Source of the DNA: Picochlorum sp. SENEW3
Lineage: Eukaryota
Direction: 5' to 3'
NCBI GenBank assembly: GCA_034226945.1
Contig: CP120455.1
Location: 186,001-250,000 of the forward strand
Length of the DNA: 64,000 nucleotides
Shown here: positions 23,474 through 34,932 of the stretch, one piece after another
Layout: each line of letters starts with the position of its first letter
How positions within the stretch are numbered: position 1 is the first letter of the stretch
Position numbers and translations under genes: made by a program
Notes under the pieces: generated by a model
Seen by the model: the letters and a program-made list of their open reading frames with translations, nothing else
The model's database searches: none
Told to the model about the DNA's origin: nothing

Positions 23474-24775
23474 CTATTGATTGTTCACGGTCACACAGTA
23501 ATCCAAAGAATTCCCTTGCAGACGGCTTGCTGCACTGCACTCTTCAAACCCACCCATCGTCACAACAACATGACACAACGACTCCAGCCATACTTTGGAT
23601 ACTTTCTGATTGCGTCGCAAAGACGTCTTGTTCAACACTGCATCGGCACTCACCAGCCGCTTGGACGATGCCAACTGTGGAAACTCAAACACCAGTCTAT
23701 CAAACAGCATTGCCTCAACATCCTTGTCCTCAACCATCAACAGAACACGAAGCCCATCTTGATCCTTCTCTCCTCGTTGAACATTTTTAAACTGATACAT
23801 CACTGAATCCACAATATCATCAGGGCGCTTCCCATACTGTGCAGCAACATCAATACCAACCCAGTACCCCCATGACGCATCCCAATCATTCTCCTTTTGG
23901 AACGCATCCAACGCGCGTTCAATCGAATCAGAAGGCCTCAATTTCTCAAAATATGTCCATGGAGTATCCTTGTTCTTTGAAGACTCGGCCGGCATATCAG
24001 ACAAGGAAACCAAACTGCTCACACACAAGTGCTCTTCAGTTTTTTGTCCCTCACGGTGCACCCACGACACAAACTCCTCCCAATCATCACCACTCCGCAC
24101 ATCTTGAACATAACATTTCGCTCGTCTTCGAGACCGAGTCTGTCCAGGAAAGCAACCAGGTGTCACATCAGAAGCCTGAAACGCATCATCCCACGAATCA
24201 TCCGGGACACTGTCAAATTGATTCTGTCCACTCCATACCACCACCAGAGACGCATCCAGCCGAGCAGCAGCATTTTGAGCCATCGCAAGAGTCGTAAATT
24301 GCTGCGGCACATCCCCATGAGGCTGCACATAAAGCCTTTGTCGTCGATCGTGAGAACCCCTTCTCCAGGTGTTTCTGCAGTACTCTGCCTCATCCTCAGA
24401 TTGAGCATCCCCCATCCATAGAGGCATTCGAATATCACTGATAAAAGATACCACAGCACTTCCAATATACAACAGAAACAAGACAACCCCAATGATTGAT
24501 GCAATCGACAGTGGCGGAAGCCACGGCCTTGCCGTCAACTGTTGAATAGAACTGTGTTGACTCATACGCAGCACGTCCAATCAATCACAACAGCAATGCA
24601 CACGTATATTGTTTTTCCCGAGTATCCCTCAGGTATCCTGAATTCATTACACGTCGGACATGATGGCATCCATCGCATTAGAATCTCCAGCACAGCAGCA
24701 GGGCATCGGCTCGTCCTATGTGGGTCAGTGTCGTTGTGCGTCCGACAAACTGACCTGTCGGTCTGAAGGCTCCAT
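23474..24775 (-). CDS. Type II membrane protein, possibly a divergent glycosyltransferase fold
   Basis: Long ORF with N-terminal TM; possible first exon MEPSDRQ (24775) with GTCAGT donor. Confidence 0.5.
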
Positions 24776-24943
24776 AGTAATAAATGCCTTCCTACCTTGA
24801 ATAGGTAATAAAAAACGCATGAATGCCTTTTAGTATTATTATTACACAACACTTTACTAGGTACACAGTTCTTCATCCATTCATAGAGCAGTCGTATATA
24901 AATATCCGCGGAGGACTCGCACTGGCATTTGGAACGAATCGGG

Positions 24944-26329
24944 ATGATTGATCTGACGCTCTGGAGTGTTGCTATTTCTGCTGCCATTCTTCTCTATAAG
25001 CTTTTAGAATCCAATAGGTGCGGTATTTATGGACAATGTGTGTATATGTCATCAGAGCATGGGTTTGGCGTCTCAACCAACTTTTTCTGATGGGGTGTGC
25101 GTTGCAGAGAAAACTCGACTCTTCGGTCAAAACATCAGGAATATGAGGAGGAAAATGGAAAATTGAGGACTAAAATTCAACAATGCGATTCTCGTATGAA
25201 GAGTTTGGATACTGGGGCGAAGAAATTTCAGTCTGCTTTGGACGACCTCAGCCGTCACAAGAAGGAGAGCGATAAGGAGGTGCATGATCTCAAGATGAGT
25301 ATGGCGGCGCTGGAAGGGACGTTATCGGCGACGAAGAAGGAGAGGGATCAGTCTCGATTGGATGCGAAACGGGCGCTTGCGAGTGTGGAGTCTTCTGAAA
25401 AGGAATTGAAGCAGTTGCGGGAGGCCACGTCTGTTGCAGAGTCTGATAGGGATCAGGCGTATCAGAAGATGGAGGCAGCTGTGGAGGCTCAGCATGTTGC
25501 AGAGAAGGCGATTACAAAGGCTGAGAAGGAGAGGGATGAGCTTTTGGGGTTGGGGGCGGAGAATGACAAGCTTGCTGTTGAGCTCCGGCAGGCACATGAT
25601 GCACAGACCAAGGCAGAGTCGGATCGATGCAATGCGCAGCAAGAATGCGCTGATCTGAGGAAACAATTGGCTTCTATGGAATCCGATTGCGATGCGTTGC
25701 GAGCATCTCTTGCAAAAGAGGCAGAGTCTGATAAGGCTGCTCTTGCTGCTGCAGAGGAGAAGGCTGCCAAGGCTGTCGCCGATGTCGAGACTGCAAAAGA
25801 TACTATTAAGAAACTAGAGTCTGAGGTTCAGACTCGAGGCGAGGAGGTGGAGAAACTTGCTGAAAAGGTGGGTGAACTGGAGGCCCTGAATGCACGTCTG
25901 CAGGAGCAATTGACATCATCAGAGGATGCCGCCGCGCAGGCGTCTGCTGAAAAGTCATCTCGCGTCGAGAAGCTCGAACAACATGTGGCAGAGAAGGAGT
26001 CGGAGATTCAATCTCTGAAACAGGCACAGGAGGCCCTTGCCAAGGAGATGGAAGCCTCAACACAGGAACTGCATGCCACCTGTGACACCCAGAAGAACAC
26101 CATTGCAGATCTTGAAAAGCAATTAGTCGATAAGGAGTGCCAAGTGGATGTTGCGCGTGAAAAGGCCATGGATTTGGAAACGCGTGTCAGCAATCTCACA
26201 CAACAGGTGGATGACCTCACCTCCTCAGTCAAGCACCTGGAGGAAGCCAAGTCGACCCTGCAAGAGGGTAACAAACGATTCTTGGAACAGATTCAGACCC
26301 TCAGAAAACAGCAACAAGCGGCAGCATAG
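24944..26329 (+). CDS. N-terminally anchored long coiled-coil protein
   Basis: Exon 24944-25017 (hydrophobic MIDLTLWSVAISAAILLY), intron 25018-25107, then about 400 aa of heptad-rich sequence. Confidence 0.7.
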
Positions 26330-26501
26330 TATCTATATCGAGGTGCATGATAGACTGTTTCAAGACAGTACAGAGAGATGACGGAATGCTGACTCGGCAA
26401 TTGGATTCGGCCCCGATTCGTGAAATATCTTTGAAAAAATCTCCGCTGCCACCGTATACTTCTATTTACTACGTTATTTAATTTGACTTGTAATAAAGTC
26501 T

Positions 26502-27974
26502 ATGAATAGTACTTTGAATATAAAAAGAACCTGGAATACAAAGAACACGTGTATGACGACTTGGCATTGGAGCAACGTTGGAAGGCAGCCCCAGGGGGTG
26601 TGCCAGAATGGCACATCTTCTCGCATAGCATGCCATAGGAGTACTCCATCTTTACAATATGTTAGAAATATCGCCATAAGACCAATGGTTTTGAATAGTA
26701 TGGTGATGGGCCAGGTGCCAACCGTGTCTCGGGTGGTGGTGGAGAGACAGACCCTGGCGACGACGAGGAGAGGGTACCAGATGGCCTCAGTATCTAGGGC
26801 GCAGGACAGGATGCGGGTGTATGCGCAACAGAAAGATGGGGTGAATAGCAGTAGTACAATGGCTGTCAATTCGGATGCAGAGATGGCCATGGGTGGAATG
26901 AAAAAGAAGATGGAGGAGGAGGGGAGGAGGATTGTGTTTGCTGTGGATGGGACAGTGCACTCTGAGGAAGCGTTGCGGTGGTTTGCCAGGAATATTGCGA
27001 GGAAGGGTGATGTGATTCATCTTGTCCATGTTATATGTGATCCAAGGACACCTGCGACAGCTGTGGGGAGTTCTACAGCTGCGTTGCAGTGGTCTCCCAT
27101 GAGAGATGAGCAGACGTTTGCCAAAGAATTCATGTCCCGTGCGGTTCATGAGGCACATGAAATGATTGAAGAAAGATATGTCCCATCTTTAGAGATGAAT
27201 GGGATTGAATCTAAAGTAGAATGTTTGAAACTGAAGGTGCACAAGTCTGCGGGAGGTATTGCAGAGGCGTTGACAAATTCTGCACTGAATATGGGAGCTG
27301 ATTTGTTGGTGATTGCCTCGCATGGAGCAGGGGTGTACGCTGATTATGGGTCTGTGGCGCGTTGGTGTAATGAGAATAGCCCTGTTCCAACGATGCTTCT
27401 TCCTCCTGCTGTGCAAACACAGGATCCAATGTCCAGTCCGATAAAGATGGGAGCCACAAATGCAGTGCTTGTTGGGGCAGCCAATGATCTTGACGGGTTG
27501 AAACGATGTTTCGAGTATTCCTTGACGGATCACACGCGGCCATCGGATGCCATCTATGTTGTGCATCTTGTGGACGATGTTGGACTGAGTGAGGATGATC
27601 TTGTCGAGGAGAGAAAGAAATTGGTGAGCCAGGTGATGCAGTGGCAGTCTCAAAGCCCTTGTCCGCATGCAAATACATTGAATGTTGCAGTTCACCTTGT
27701 GGTGTCGAATAGCGGTTGTGATGAGCAAGAGCATGCTGCAATGTCACCGACAGAATCTGTGGATGAGCTTTCACCTGATTGGAGTCCTGCAGGGACAAAC
27801 ATCTGTGACATGGCTGCTCAGTTGAATGTGCGAACAGTTGTCTTGTCGCATCATGGAAAGAATTTCAAGAGGGAAATGTTGTATAAACCCATCACCATTC
27901 ACTGCATTCGGCAATGTACCAGCCCTCTTGTGGTGCTGGATGAACCACACGCATCCAAGAATGTTGGCTATTAA
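26502..27974 (+). CDS. Tandem universal stress protein (USP) domain protein
   Basis: RIVFAVDG...IHLVHV, LLVIASHG...GSVARWC and a second degenerate USP domain; start uncertain. Confidence 0.8.
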   Translation: MNSTLNIKRTWNTKNTCMTTWHWSNVGRQPQGVCQNGTSSRIACHRSTPSLQYVRNIAIRPMVLNSMVMGQVPTVSRVVVERQTLATTRRGYQMASVSRAQDRMRVYAQQKDGVNSSSTMAVNSDAEMAMGGMKKKMEEEGRRIVFAVDGTVHSEEALRWFARNIARKGDVIHLVHVICDPRTPATAVGSSTAALQWSPMRDEQTFAKEFMSRAVHEAHEMIEERYVPSLEMNGIESKVECLKLKVHKSAGGIAEALTNSALNMGADLLVIASHGAGVYADYGSVARWCNENSPVPTMLLPPAVQTQDPMSSPIKMGATNAVLVGAANDLDGLKRCFEYSLTDHTRPSDAIYVVHLVDDVGLSEDDLVEERKKLVSQVMQWQSQSPCPHANTLNVAVHLVVSNSGCDEQEHAAMSPTESVDELSPDWSPAGTNICDMAAQLNVRTVVLSHHGKNFKREMLYKPITIHCIRQCTSPLVVLDEPHASKNVGY

Positions 27975-28026
27975 ATCTCAAATAGATGAAGAGCATGTAA
28001 CATAATTGAATTGAATGATATCATGT

Positions 28027-29289
28027 TTACTTTTCGCCGGCCATCCACTTGGCAGCCTCTGTGGCATAGTAAGATAAGATGAGATCGGATCCAGCACGTC
28101 TGAGGGACAAGAGTGCCTCCATGACGCACTCTTCCTCATCGAGCCATCCTCTCTCTGCAGCAGCCTTCAACATGGCGTACTCTCCGGATACATGGTATGC
28201 AGCGATTGGAAGTGGAGAATTGTCTCTAAGGAGTCTGATAATGTCGAGGTATGGAAGTCCTGGTTTCACCATCATGATATCAGCACCCTCTGCCTCATCG
28301 GCTCTGGCCTCTCTGAGGGCTTCCCTGTAGTTGGCTGGATCTTGCTGGTATGTCTTTTTGTTTGGTGGAATGAAACGGCCGTTTGTTCCAGCATTTGGTG
28401 CAGATGCAAGAGCATCTCTAAATGGTCCATAGAAAGCAGATGCGTACTTGGCGGTGTACGACATGATGGACACATTGGTGAACCCTTCTCTGTCCAATGC
28501 TCTACGAATTGCTCCTACACGACCGTCCATCATATCTGATGGGGAGACGACATCAGCTCCAGCGCGGGCCTGAGAAACAGCCTGGCGGCACAGAAATTCT
28601 ACAGTCTCGTCGTTGAGAATCACTCCATCATCTCTTACAATACCATCATGTCCATCACAGTTGTATGGATCCAGAGCTACATCAGTGTATACTTCGAGGT
28701 CTGGGAAGGTATCCTTCAACAGACTGATGGAGCGCTGTGCAAGACCATTGGGGTTGAAAGCCTCCTCTCCTGTTGGGGTCTTCAAGTGATCAGGGGTCTT
28801 TGGGAAGATGACAACCTGATTCACACCGAGAGAACGAGCCTCTGCCACAGAGTCGATCAATCCATGCTTCCACCCCAATCTGCTCACACCAGGCATCGAG
28901 TCGATTGGAATGTTCTTCTCCCCATCATGAACAAACACTGGAAGAATCAAGTTGGATGGGCTAATACGTGTCTCACTGAATGCCTGACGAATAGTTGGAC
29001 TACGTCTGTTACGACGAGGACGAGATGGAAGGTCCTGAGGAGTCACAACTGGGGTTCCCTCTGGGACATTTGGCTGCACCGTGTGAACACCCCTGGGTTA
29101 AAAACGGCACGCTGATGACATGAAAAAAGACTATATAACACGTACAGTTGGTCTTGGAGACACAGTATCGCGATCAGCCTCAGCAACTCCCTTGACAACC
29201 AAATTCTGTCGGCGAAGATGTGGGCGATTGCTCACAGCTGGGCGCTGGAGACCCTTCACGGATACGCTCTGAACAGCAACACTCTTCAT
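28027..29289 (-). CDS. hemB: Delta-aminolevulinate dehydratase (plastid)
   Basis: RPRRNR, DVALDPY, SDMMDGRV, MMVKPG; transit-peptide exon from 29289, intron 29145-29074. Confidence 0.96.
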
Positions 29290-29466
29290 TGTTCAAACAG
29301 TATATTAAAAATTATATTCTGGCTTCTGAGAACACATTTTGTTGGTCTTGAACACTCGTGTTATCCAGATGGATTTTGCTTTGGGACAGAATAATTCGAC
29401 ACAGGCCGATCCGGGTTCTCCTCATAGTACCGTTTCATGACATATGTACCCATTAAGTAACGAATT

Positions 29467-30009
29467 ATGATTGTATCTCGAGCATTAAAGCAACAAAGGT
29501 CGGCATTGGCTGCGATGGTGACGCAGTCTGCGTCCATCTTTGCCAATGTCGACGTGTTGCAGACGTCTGTTGCACCAGTTGGGTACTCACGTGTCTTCGA
29601 TGAACACAAAGATAGAAGATATAGTTCAGAGACTTGGGTAGGGAGTGAAAAGATGGCACATGTAGTTCGGTCGCCGTCCATGTTGGCGTGGGGATTTGCT
29701 TGCAAAGACCACGTCAAGCTCCACGAGTCTGGAGTCGTTGATCAGATTATTATGCCTAATACTAGCATAGGTGACACAGATCACAGCAATAGCAGTAGTG
29801 AGAGATATGATAGTGGGGTTGTTGGGGCCATAGGAGACGTGGAGACTGACCCAGAAATGATGATGTGGTGTAACACCAAGAGGACATATCAGCCTAGTAA
29901 CTTGGTGAGGAAACGAAGGCATGGATTTTTACACCGGATGAGTACCAAGAGCGGTCGTCGTGTGTTGCGTCGTCGACAGGCAAAGGGGCGCTGGAGGATT
30001 TCTGCCTGA
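29467..30009 (+). CDS. Mitochondrial ribosomal protein bL34m
   Basis: C-terminal [21 protein letters not shown] with long presequence. Confidence 0.88.
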   Translation: MIVSRALKQQRSALAAMVTQSASIFANVDVLQTSVAPVGYSRVFDEHKDRRYSSETWVGSEKMAHVVRSPSMLAWGFACKDHVKLHESGVVDQIIMPNTSIGDTDHSNSSSERYDSGVVGAIGDVETDPEMMMWCNTKRTYQPSNLVRKRRHGFLHRMSTKSGRRVLRRRQAKGRWRISA

Positions 30010-30111
30010 TTTGTGTGCTCTTGTCATTATTATTCCAGATTTCGTCATATTCGTAAGTATTGTTCTTTACAATGAACCACACCACCATGTATAGATATAT
30101 ATATATCTAAA

Positions 30112-31785
30112 TCATCTCATCATTGGCCTGCCTCGACCTCGGCCTCTTCCTCGACCACGACCTCCCATGCCTGGCTGTGGCATGCCTGTTGCATCAGGGG
30201 GCTGTGATTTTGGATTCCTCACAGTTTCATCCGCTGACAATACCACACATGCAGCTTCAGCAGCAGAGCTAATCGCATTAATCTTGACCAGAGACGGTTC
30301 CCACACGTATGCCTCAAATGTATCGACGACCTGCCCAGAGTTCACGTCAATTCCATAATTCTGCCCACCCTCCATGGCATGCTTTTGCCTCAATCTGTTC
30401 AACACATCCGTCGCATCGAATCCGGAATTATCTGCAAGCTGCCGAGGAATAACTTCTAATGCTTTTGCGAATGCATTGAGAAAGAGCTGACTCTTTCCTG
30501 CAATGGTGGAAGCATGCTTTCTAATCATCCTGGACAACTCCATATCAACAGCACCCCCTCCTGGAACTACGTTGGGATTCTTCAAGGTACGTCTGACAAT
30601 CATGATGGCATCATGCAGCGAACGTTGAGCCTCATCTAAGAATTGCTCGCTTCCACCACGGAGGACAATGGTGGCTGTGTGAGCATCAGGGCATCCTGTG
30701 AACAGATTAAACCTTTCTCCACCAACCTGTCGCTCCTCAAACTTGGCACACGTTCCAAGACAAGAATCCCTCAAGTTATTTACTGTCGTCTGAACGGATG
30801 CACCGGTCGCATCCGCAACACGCTTGATGTCTTCCTCTGGAACTCGCCCAGCACAGAAGATGTCTCTGTCTGCAAAATACTGCGTTGCTAAATCTCCAAT
30901 GGCTAACCTTGATAGGACAATCTTGGCACCGGACGCGGCACATTTATCAAGCTTGTCATAAATAATATTCCATTCAGCATCCACAATTGCCTGATACTTT
31001 GCAGGATCATCCAACCGAACCTCTGCATTATCCTTTTCACTCTTGAGCTCCAGTTCAATGTTCAACAACAAAATCTTTGGATCGTCGTAACATTTTGGCT
31101 GCATCTCAAAACCAGCATAACTAAACGTCTTTTTAAATGCCACACCGCGAACTAAAAATGAGTCCCGCAGACCACCTCCTTGTACCTTTTTCACCCCCAA
31201 CATGCTCAAATCCACAGACACTGGGTCCAACACAGACACCGCATCCACAACCATTGCAGCGAAAAAGTCCTTCTCTCCGCTCACCAATTTCGAGTTCAAC
31301 GATGTAATGGCACACTTTTTAAGCAATTCCTTCTTCTCCTCATCACTCTTTCCCTCATGAATATCTGTCGCAATTTCCTTCACTCGACCCACAGCCATCA
31401 CTGATGCCTCCCTATATGCCTTGATAATCACCTGAGGGTGCACCCCTTCCTCCAGAAACGCTTTACATTGGTTCAAAAACTCTGCAGCCAACAACACCAC
31501 CGTCGTTGTTCCATCTCCAACCTCTGCATCCTGAGACAAGGAGATGTCAACCAGCGTCTTGGCTGCAGGATGCACAATATCCAGCTTCTTCATAATGGTA
31601 GCCCCATCATTCGATATCGTCACACCACGTTCATCATGTATAAGCTTATCCATCCCTCGAGGACCCAGCGTCGTCCTGACGACATCAGCAACAGCAACAC
31701 AGGCATTAATGTTACTGATCAGGTGAGGCATCCCCTGACTCGTATCCGTCCCTTCCTTGAGCAGGATAATCTGAGGTTGCTGCAT
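30112..31785 (-). CDS. CCT7: T-complex protein 1 subunit eta
   Basis: [33 protein letters not shown]. Confidence 0.95.
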   Translation of the reverse strand: MQQPQIILLKEGTDTSQGMPHLISNINACVAVADVVRTTLGPRGMDKLIHDERGVTISNDGATIMKKLDIVHPAAKTLVDISLSQDAEVGDGTTTVVLLAAEFLNQCKAFLEEGVHPQVIIKAYREASVMAVGRVKEIATDIHEGKSDEEKKELLKKCAITSLNSKLVSGEKDFFAAMVVDAVSVLDPVSVDLSMLGVKKVQGGGLRDSFLVRGVAFKKTFSYAGFEMQPKCYDDPKILLLNIELELKSEKDNAEVRLDDPAKYQAIVDAEWNIIYDKLDKCAASGAKIVLSRLAIGDLATQYFADRDIFCAGRVPEEDIKRVADATGASVQTTVNNLRDSCLGTCAKFEERQVGGERFNLFTGCPDAHTATIVLRGGSEQFLDEAQRSLHDAIMIVRRTLKNPNVVPGGGAVDMELSRMIRKHASTIAGKSQLFLNAFAKALEVIPRQLADNSGFDATDVLNRLRQKHAMEGGQNYGIDVNSGQVVDTFEAYVWEPSLVKINAISSAAEAACVVLSADETVRNPKSQPPDATGMPQPGMGGRGRGRGRGRGRPMMR

Positions 31786-32323
31786 GTCAATACTGTACCA
31801 TCAATATACCAGTCGCATATTCAAACAGGGTCACCGTCGATTCGCCAGCAGCCAATCACGATCCCTTTGACCTCCACACCCACCCGAGGAGGCACTATTC
31901 AGCAATACATAGACACTACTACTAGCACACATACCATTCCATACGGATTCATTGTGAAACAACCACTCCGACGCTACAAGTCTTTTGACTTTTTCTTCTT
32001 CTTCTCACAAATGATTTTCTTTACAATACCTCCCTTGTCTGCCACTGATGACGATCGCTGTCGTCTGAATACAAATATAGTTGAAAATATATTTGTAATG
32101 ATGTAATGGAATGGAACTCAGCACCACCACCACCACCACCATGTGTGTGTTCCTAGGAGGTTGCCAAAAGAGTATGCTATGGATGTATCGGTCAAACGTA
32201 GTTTTTAATAGGAGGCATCCAAGACTGCCACAAAGCAGCATGAGACATCAATCACATGGTGGATTTCTATTGCCTTCAGTGCCATTTAAAATTTGAGAAA
32301 CAAACAAAAGTATCGAAACACAA

Positions 32324-33124
32324 ATGATAGCAGGCGACGGAGGAGTATCCGTGAATACTCTTGGGAAGGCGAAACCAATGACCCCGACACGCTGCTTTGT
32401 ATCTCAGACCCTTGCCAGGAAGGGGTACCTAGTGCAGAATAGAACCCAGTACACCTATTTGAATGCCAATACTGAACAATTCTGTGGTCGACTGGTCACG
32501 TGTCACGGACAGGGATCCAACAAGGACGGGTTTGCCGAAACGACAGCGAATAGGCCTGGGGCTGCTATACCGACACCAGATGAAGATAAAGAAGTTGCTC
32601 ATGAAGCATTTTTGCATGCGTTTGAAATGTCGAGGCCGGAGCAGTGTCGGATACCTGGAATGCAAGAGTTTGCTGCGGCCATCTTGGCTCGAGAGAGGAT
32701 TCCATCTCAGCAGTATTCGGATCCTCTAGGGCATATATTCGAAGAGTTTGACTCGGATGGTAATTTAGTACTGTCGGCAGCCGAGGTGGGCCACGCATTG
32801 CGCTCTAGGGATGTGGAGATTACGGATGAGCAGGTGGCCATGTTTATTGATGCGTGTTTGGAGAGCAGTGATGAAGAGGGTATGGATCATAATGATGTGC
32901 GGGGGGTGAAGAGGGATGAATTTCGAGATTTGATAGTTCATATGGCGGCAGCTGATTTTCAGAGCAGTCGGATCATGTCGCTTGGAAATGCCTCATGTTC
33001 GCTGGAGACGGATGATGACGTTCAAGAGGCGTTGGATGCCTGGAGGCACAATCTGTTGACGTCTGATACATTGGGTATGACAAAGAGCTGGTCCATGTCG
33101 GAATCATCATCTGATGATGGGTAG
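32324..33124 (+). CDS. EF-hand protein, possibly plastid-targeted
   Basis: FEEFDSDGNLVLSAAEV loop. Confidence 0.65.
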   Translation: MIAGDGGVSVNTLGKAKPMTPTRCFVSQTLARKGYLVQNRTQYTYLNANTEQFCGRLVTCHGQGSNKDGFAETTANRPGAAIPTPDEDKEVAHEAFLHAFEMSRPEQCRIPGMQEFAAAILARERIPSQQYSDPLGHIFEEFDSDGNLVLSAAEVGHALRSRDVEITDEQVAMFIDACLESSDEEGMDHNDVRGVKRDEFRDLIVHMAAADFQSSRIMSLGNASCSLETDDDVQEALDAWRHNLLTSDTLGMTKSWSMSESSSDDG

Positions 33125-33184
33125 GAATACATCATCACATATGCAAACTGTTCTGTGATGTAATACATTGATTAATAAATTAAT

Positions 33185-34732
33185 TTACTGGAGGCTGCAC
33201 CATGTGTCTGTGGAGCCTGGCCACACCAAGAATATCTTGTTCTCAGCGCACTGTTGCATGATGTATGATGCGTTGCGTGACTGAGATGCAAAGTACTCCA
33301 CTGTAGAATTCCAGAAATCCGTCTGACACAAGCAGGCTGAGAACACGTGACTGGACGTGGGCCAGAATGCTTTTGATATAATATCACAGCAGCCATTCTC
33401 TAGAAAGTCATCTTCCAAGCATGTTGTGAAGAATGCAGGGGCGTACATGAAGCGACATGAGCCCTCGGGATTAAACACAGCATCGCTGGGATACTCTTTC
33501 AAGCTGGTGATGGGGTCCACTTCCCATGTGGATTCCTCAGACACCAGAGGATATCCACACTCTCCGGGATCTTTTGGCCTGAATGTCGCTTCAAACTTTC
33601 CATTCGGAGTATCCTCGTCGTACACGTACCAATCAGAGCATCGTGCTCCATTTCTATTCTTATCCAGATCCACAATACTCCAAGACCCATTCTCATACAG
33701 GTCCAAGTTGAAAAAGTTTTCTGAATTGTACCGCGAGGAGGGCAGAGTCACCACAGGAATGACATCACCAAACAAATGTCCCCACGTCACGCCTTTGTGA
33801 AAGTGACCACTCAATGCTAGACGAATACTATCATGCTTCTTGAGTACACTACGGAGATCTGTGATCCCACCATCATCACCTTTTTCAATCTCATTCAACT
33901 TGATAGTCCCTGGTGGAAAATGAAAGAAGAGCGCAACATGCGATGCATTCGTGCGAGATAGTTCTTCATCCAACCACATGAGCTGCTTCTTACCAAAGCT
34001 TGACAGCACTTGGTTGCATTCCGGAGAGGTTGGATCCCATGTCTCACCCCACATGGAATTCAATCCAATGATTTTCCAGTGATCCAGCTCAGTACTGCTA
34101 TATGCAGATGCATTGAAATAATGCCGGTATACCTTTTCCAGTAAATCTTTTGGAACGGTATTTTCTGGTTCGTTGCACCTGAGTAGATTGTCATGGTTGC
34201 CCCATATGTATAGTTTAGGCAACGGGATGGATTCAAAAATGTCTGCGCCTATTGTATATCCATTCACGTCCATATCGAATAGTTTCTGCACACCTTGCTC
34301 GTCTATACCAAAATCACTCTGTAGGATGTGCAAGCCATTGTGAACCACATCGCCAAGCATGGCAACCAGCTTTGGAGATGGCTCCACACTTTGTGATGCC
34401 ATAATCTGCCGCGCTGTCAAATACATTCTCATTTGGCTCCGTACCACACTATCGTTATCAAGATCATTGGACTCGGTATTCAAATGGTACTCTGGGCCAG
34501 TCAAATGCGTATCTGCAATCAATGCAACGCGTTCGACATCAGATGAGGAGGGCGTTTTGGCTGCCACAAAAGGACGCCTCTCGGCCCCGCAAGACAAAAA
34601 CCCGAAAGTCGTCAGAATCAGAAAGACAAATAGCCGAAACGATAGGGTCCTTTGTACCCACATCATATCATTCGTAAGTGTACAAATATTAAAAAAACCG
34701 AAATTTAGGAATAGGGTCTGTCGAAATGGCAC
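33185..34732 (-). CDS. Secreted calcineurin-like metallophosphoesterase, copy 1
   Basis: DTH, GDVVH, GNHD, FHFP, GHFH; signal peptide; Cys-rich C-terminus. Confidence 0.85.
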   Translation of the reverse strand: MPFRQTLFLNFGFFNICTLTNDMMWVQRTLSFRLFVFLILTTFGFLSCGAERRPFVAAKTPSSSDVERVALIADTHLTGPEYHLNTESNDLDNDSVVRSQMRMYLTARQIMASQSVEPSPKLVAMLGDVVHNGLHILQSDFGIDEQGVQKLFDMDVNGYTIGADIFESIPLPKLYIWGNHDNLLRCNEPENTVPKDLLEKVYRHYFNASAYSSTELDHWKIIGLNSMWGETWDPTSPECNQVLSSFGKKQLMWLDEELSRTNASHVALFFHFPPGTIKLNEIEKGDDGGITDLRSVLKKHDSIRLALSGHFHKGVTWGHLFGDVIPVVTLPSSRYNSENFFNLDLYENGSWSIVDLDKNRNGARCSDWYVYDEDTPNGKFEATFRPKDPGECGYPLVSEESTWEVDPITSLKEYPSDAVFNPEGSCRFMYAPAFFTTCLEDDFLENGCCDIISKAFWPTSSHVFSACLCQTDFWNSTVEYFASQSRNASYIMQQCAENKIFLVWPGSTDTWCSLQ

Positions 34733-34932
34733 TGGGCTGCTTAGGGCCGCGGAATCTTCAAACCCAACCTAGAATCTCTTGGGACCAGCTGGTCCTTCAG
34801 GAGATGGGCAATGCAGGGGCAGACAAAGGTGTAGATTCGATGATGGATCGCTGTACACAATCGTGAGATCGCATTACCCAATTTACAATACTACCATACA
34901 TATATATATATATGAAGAAATATACAATGCCC

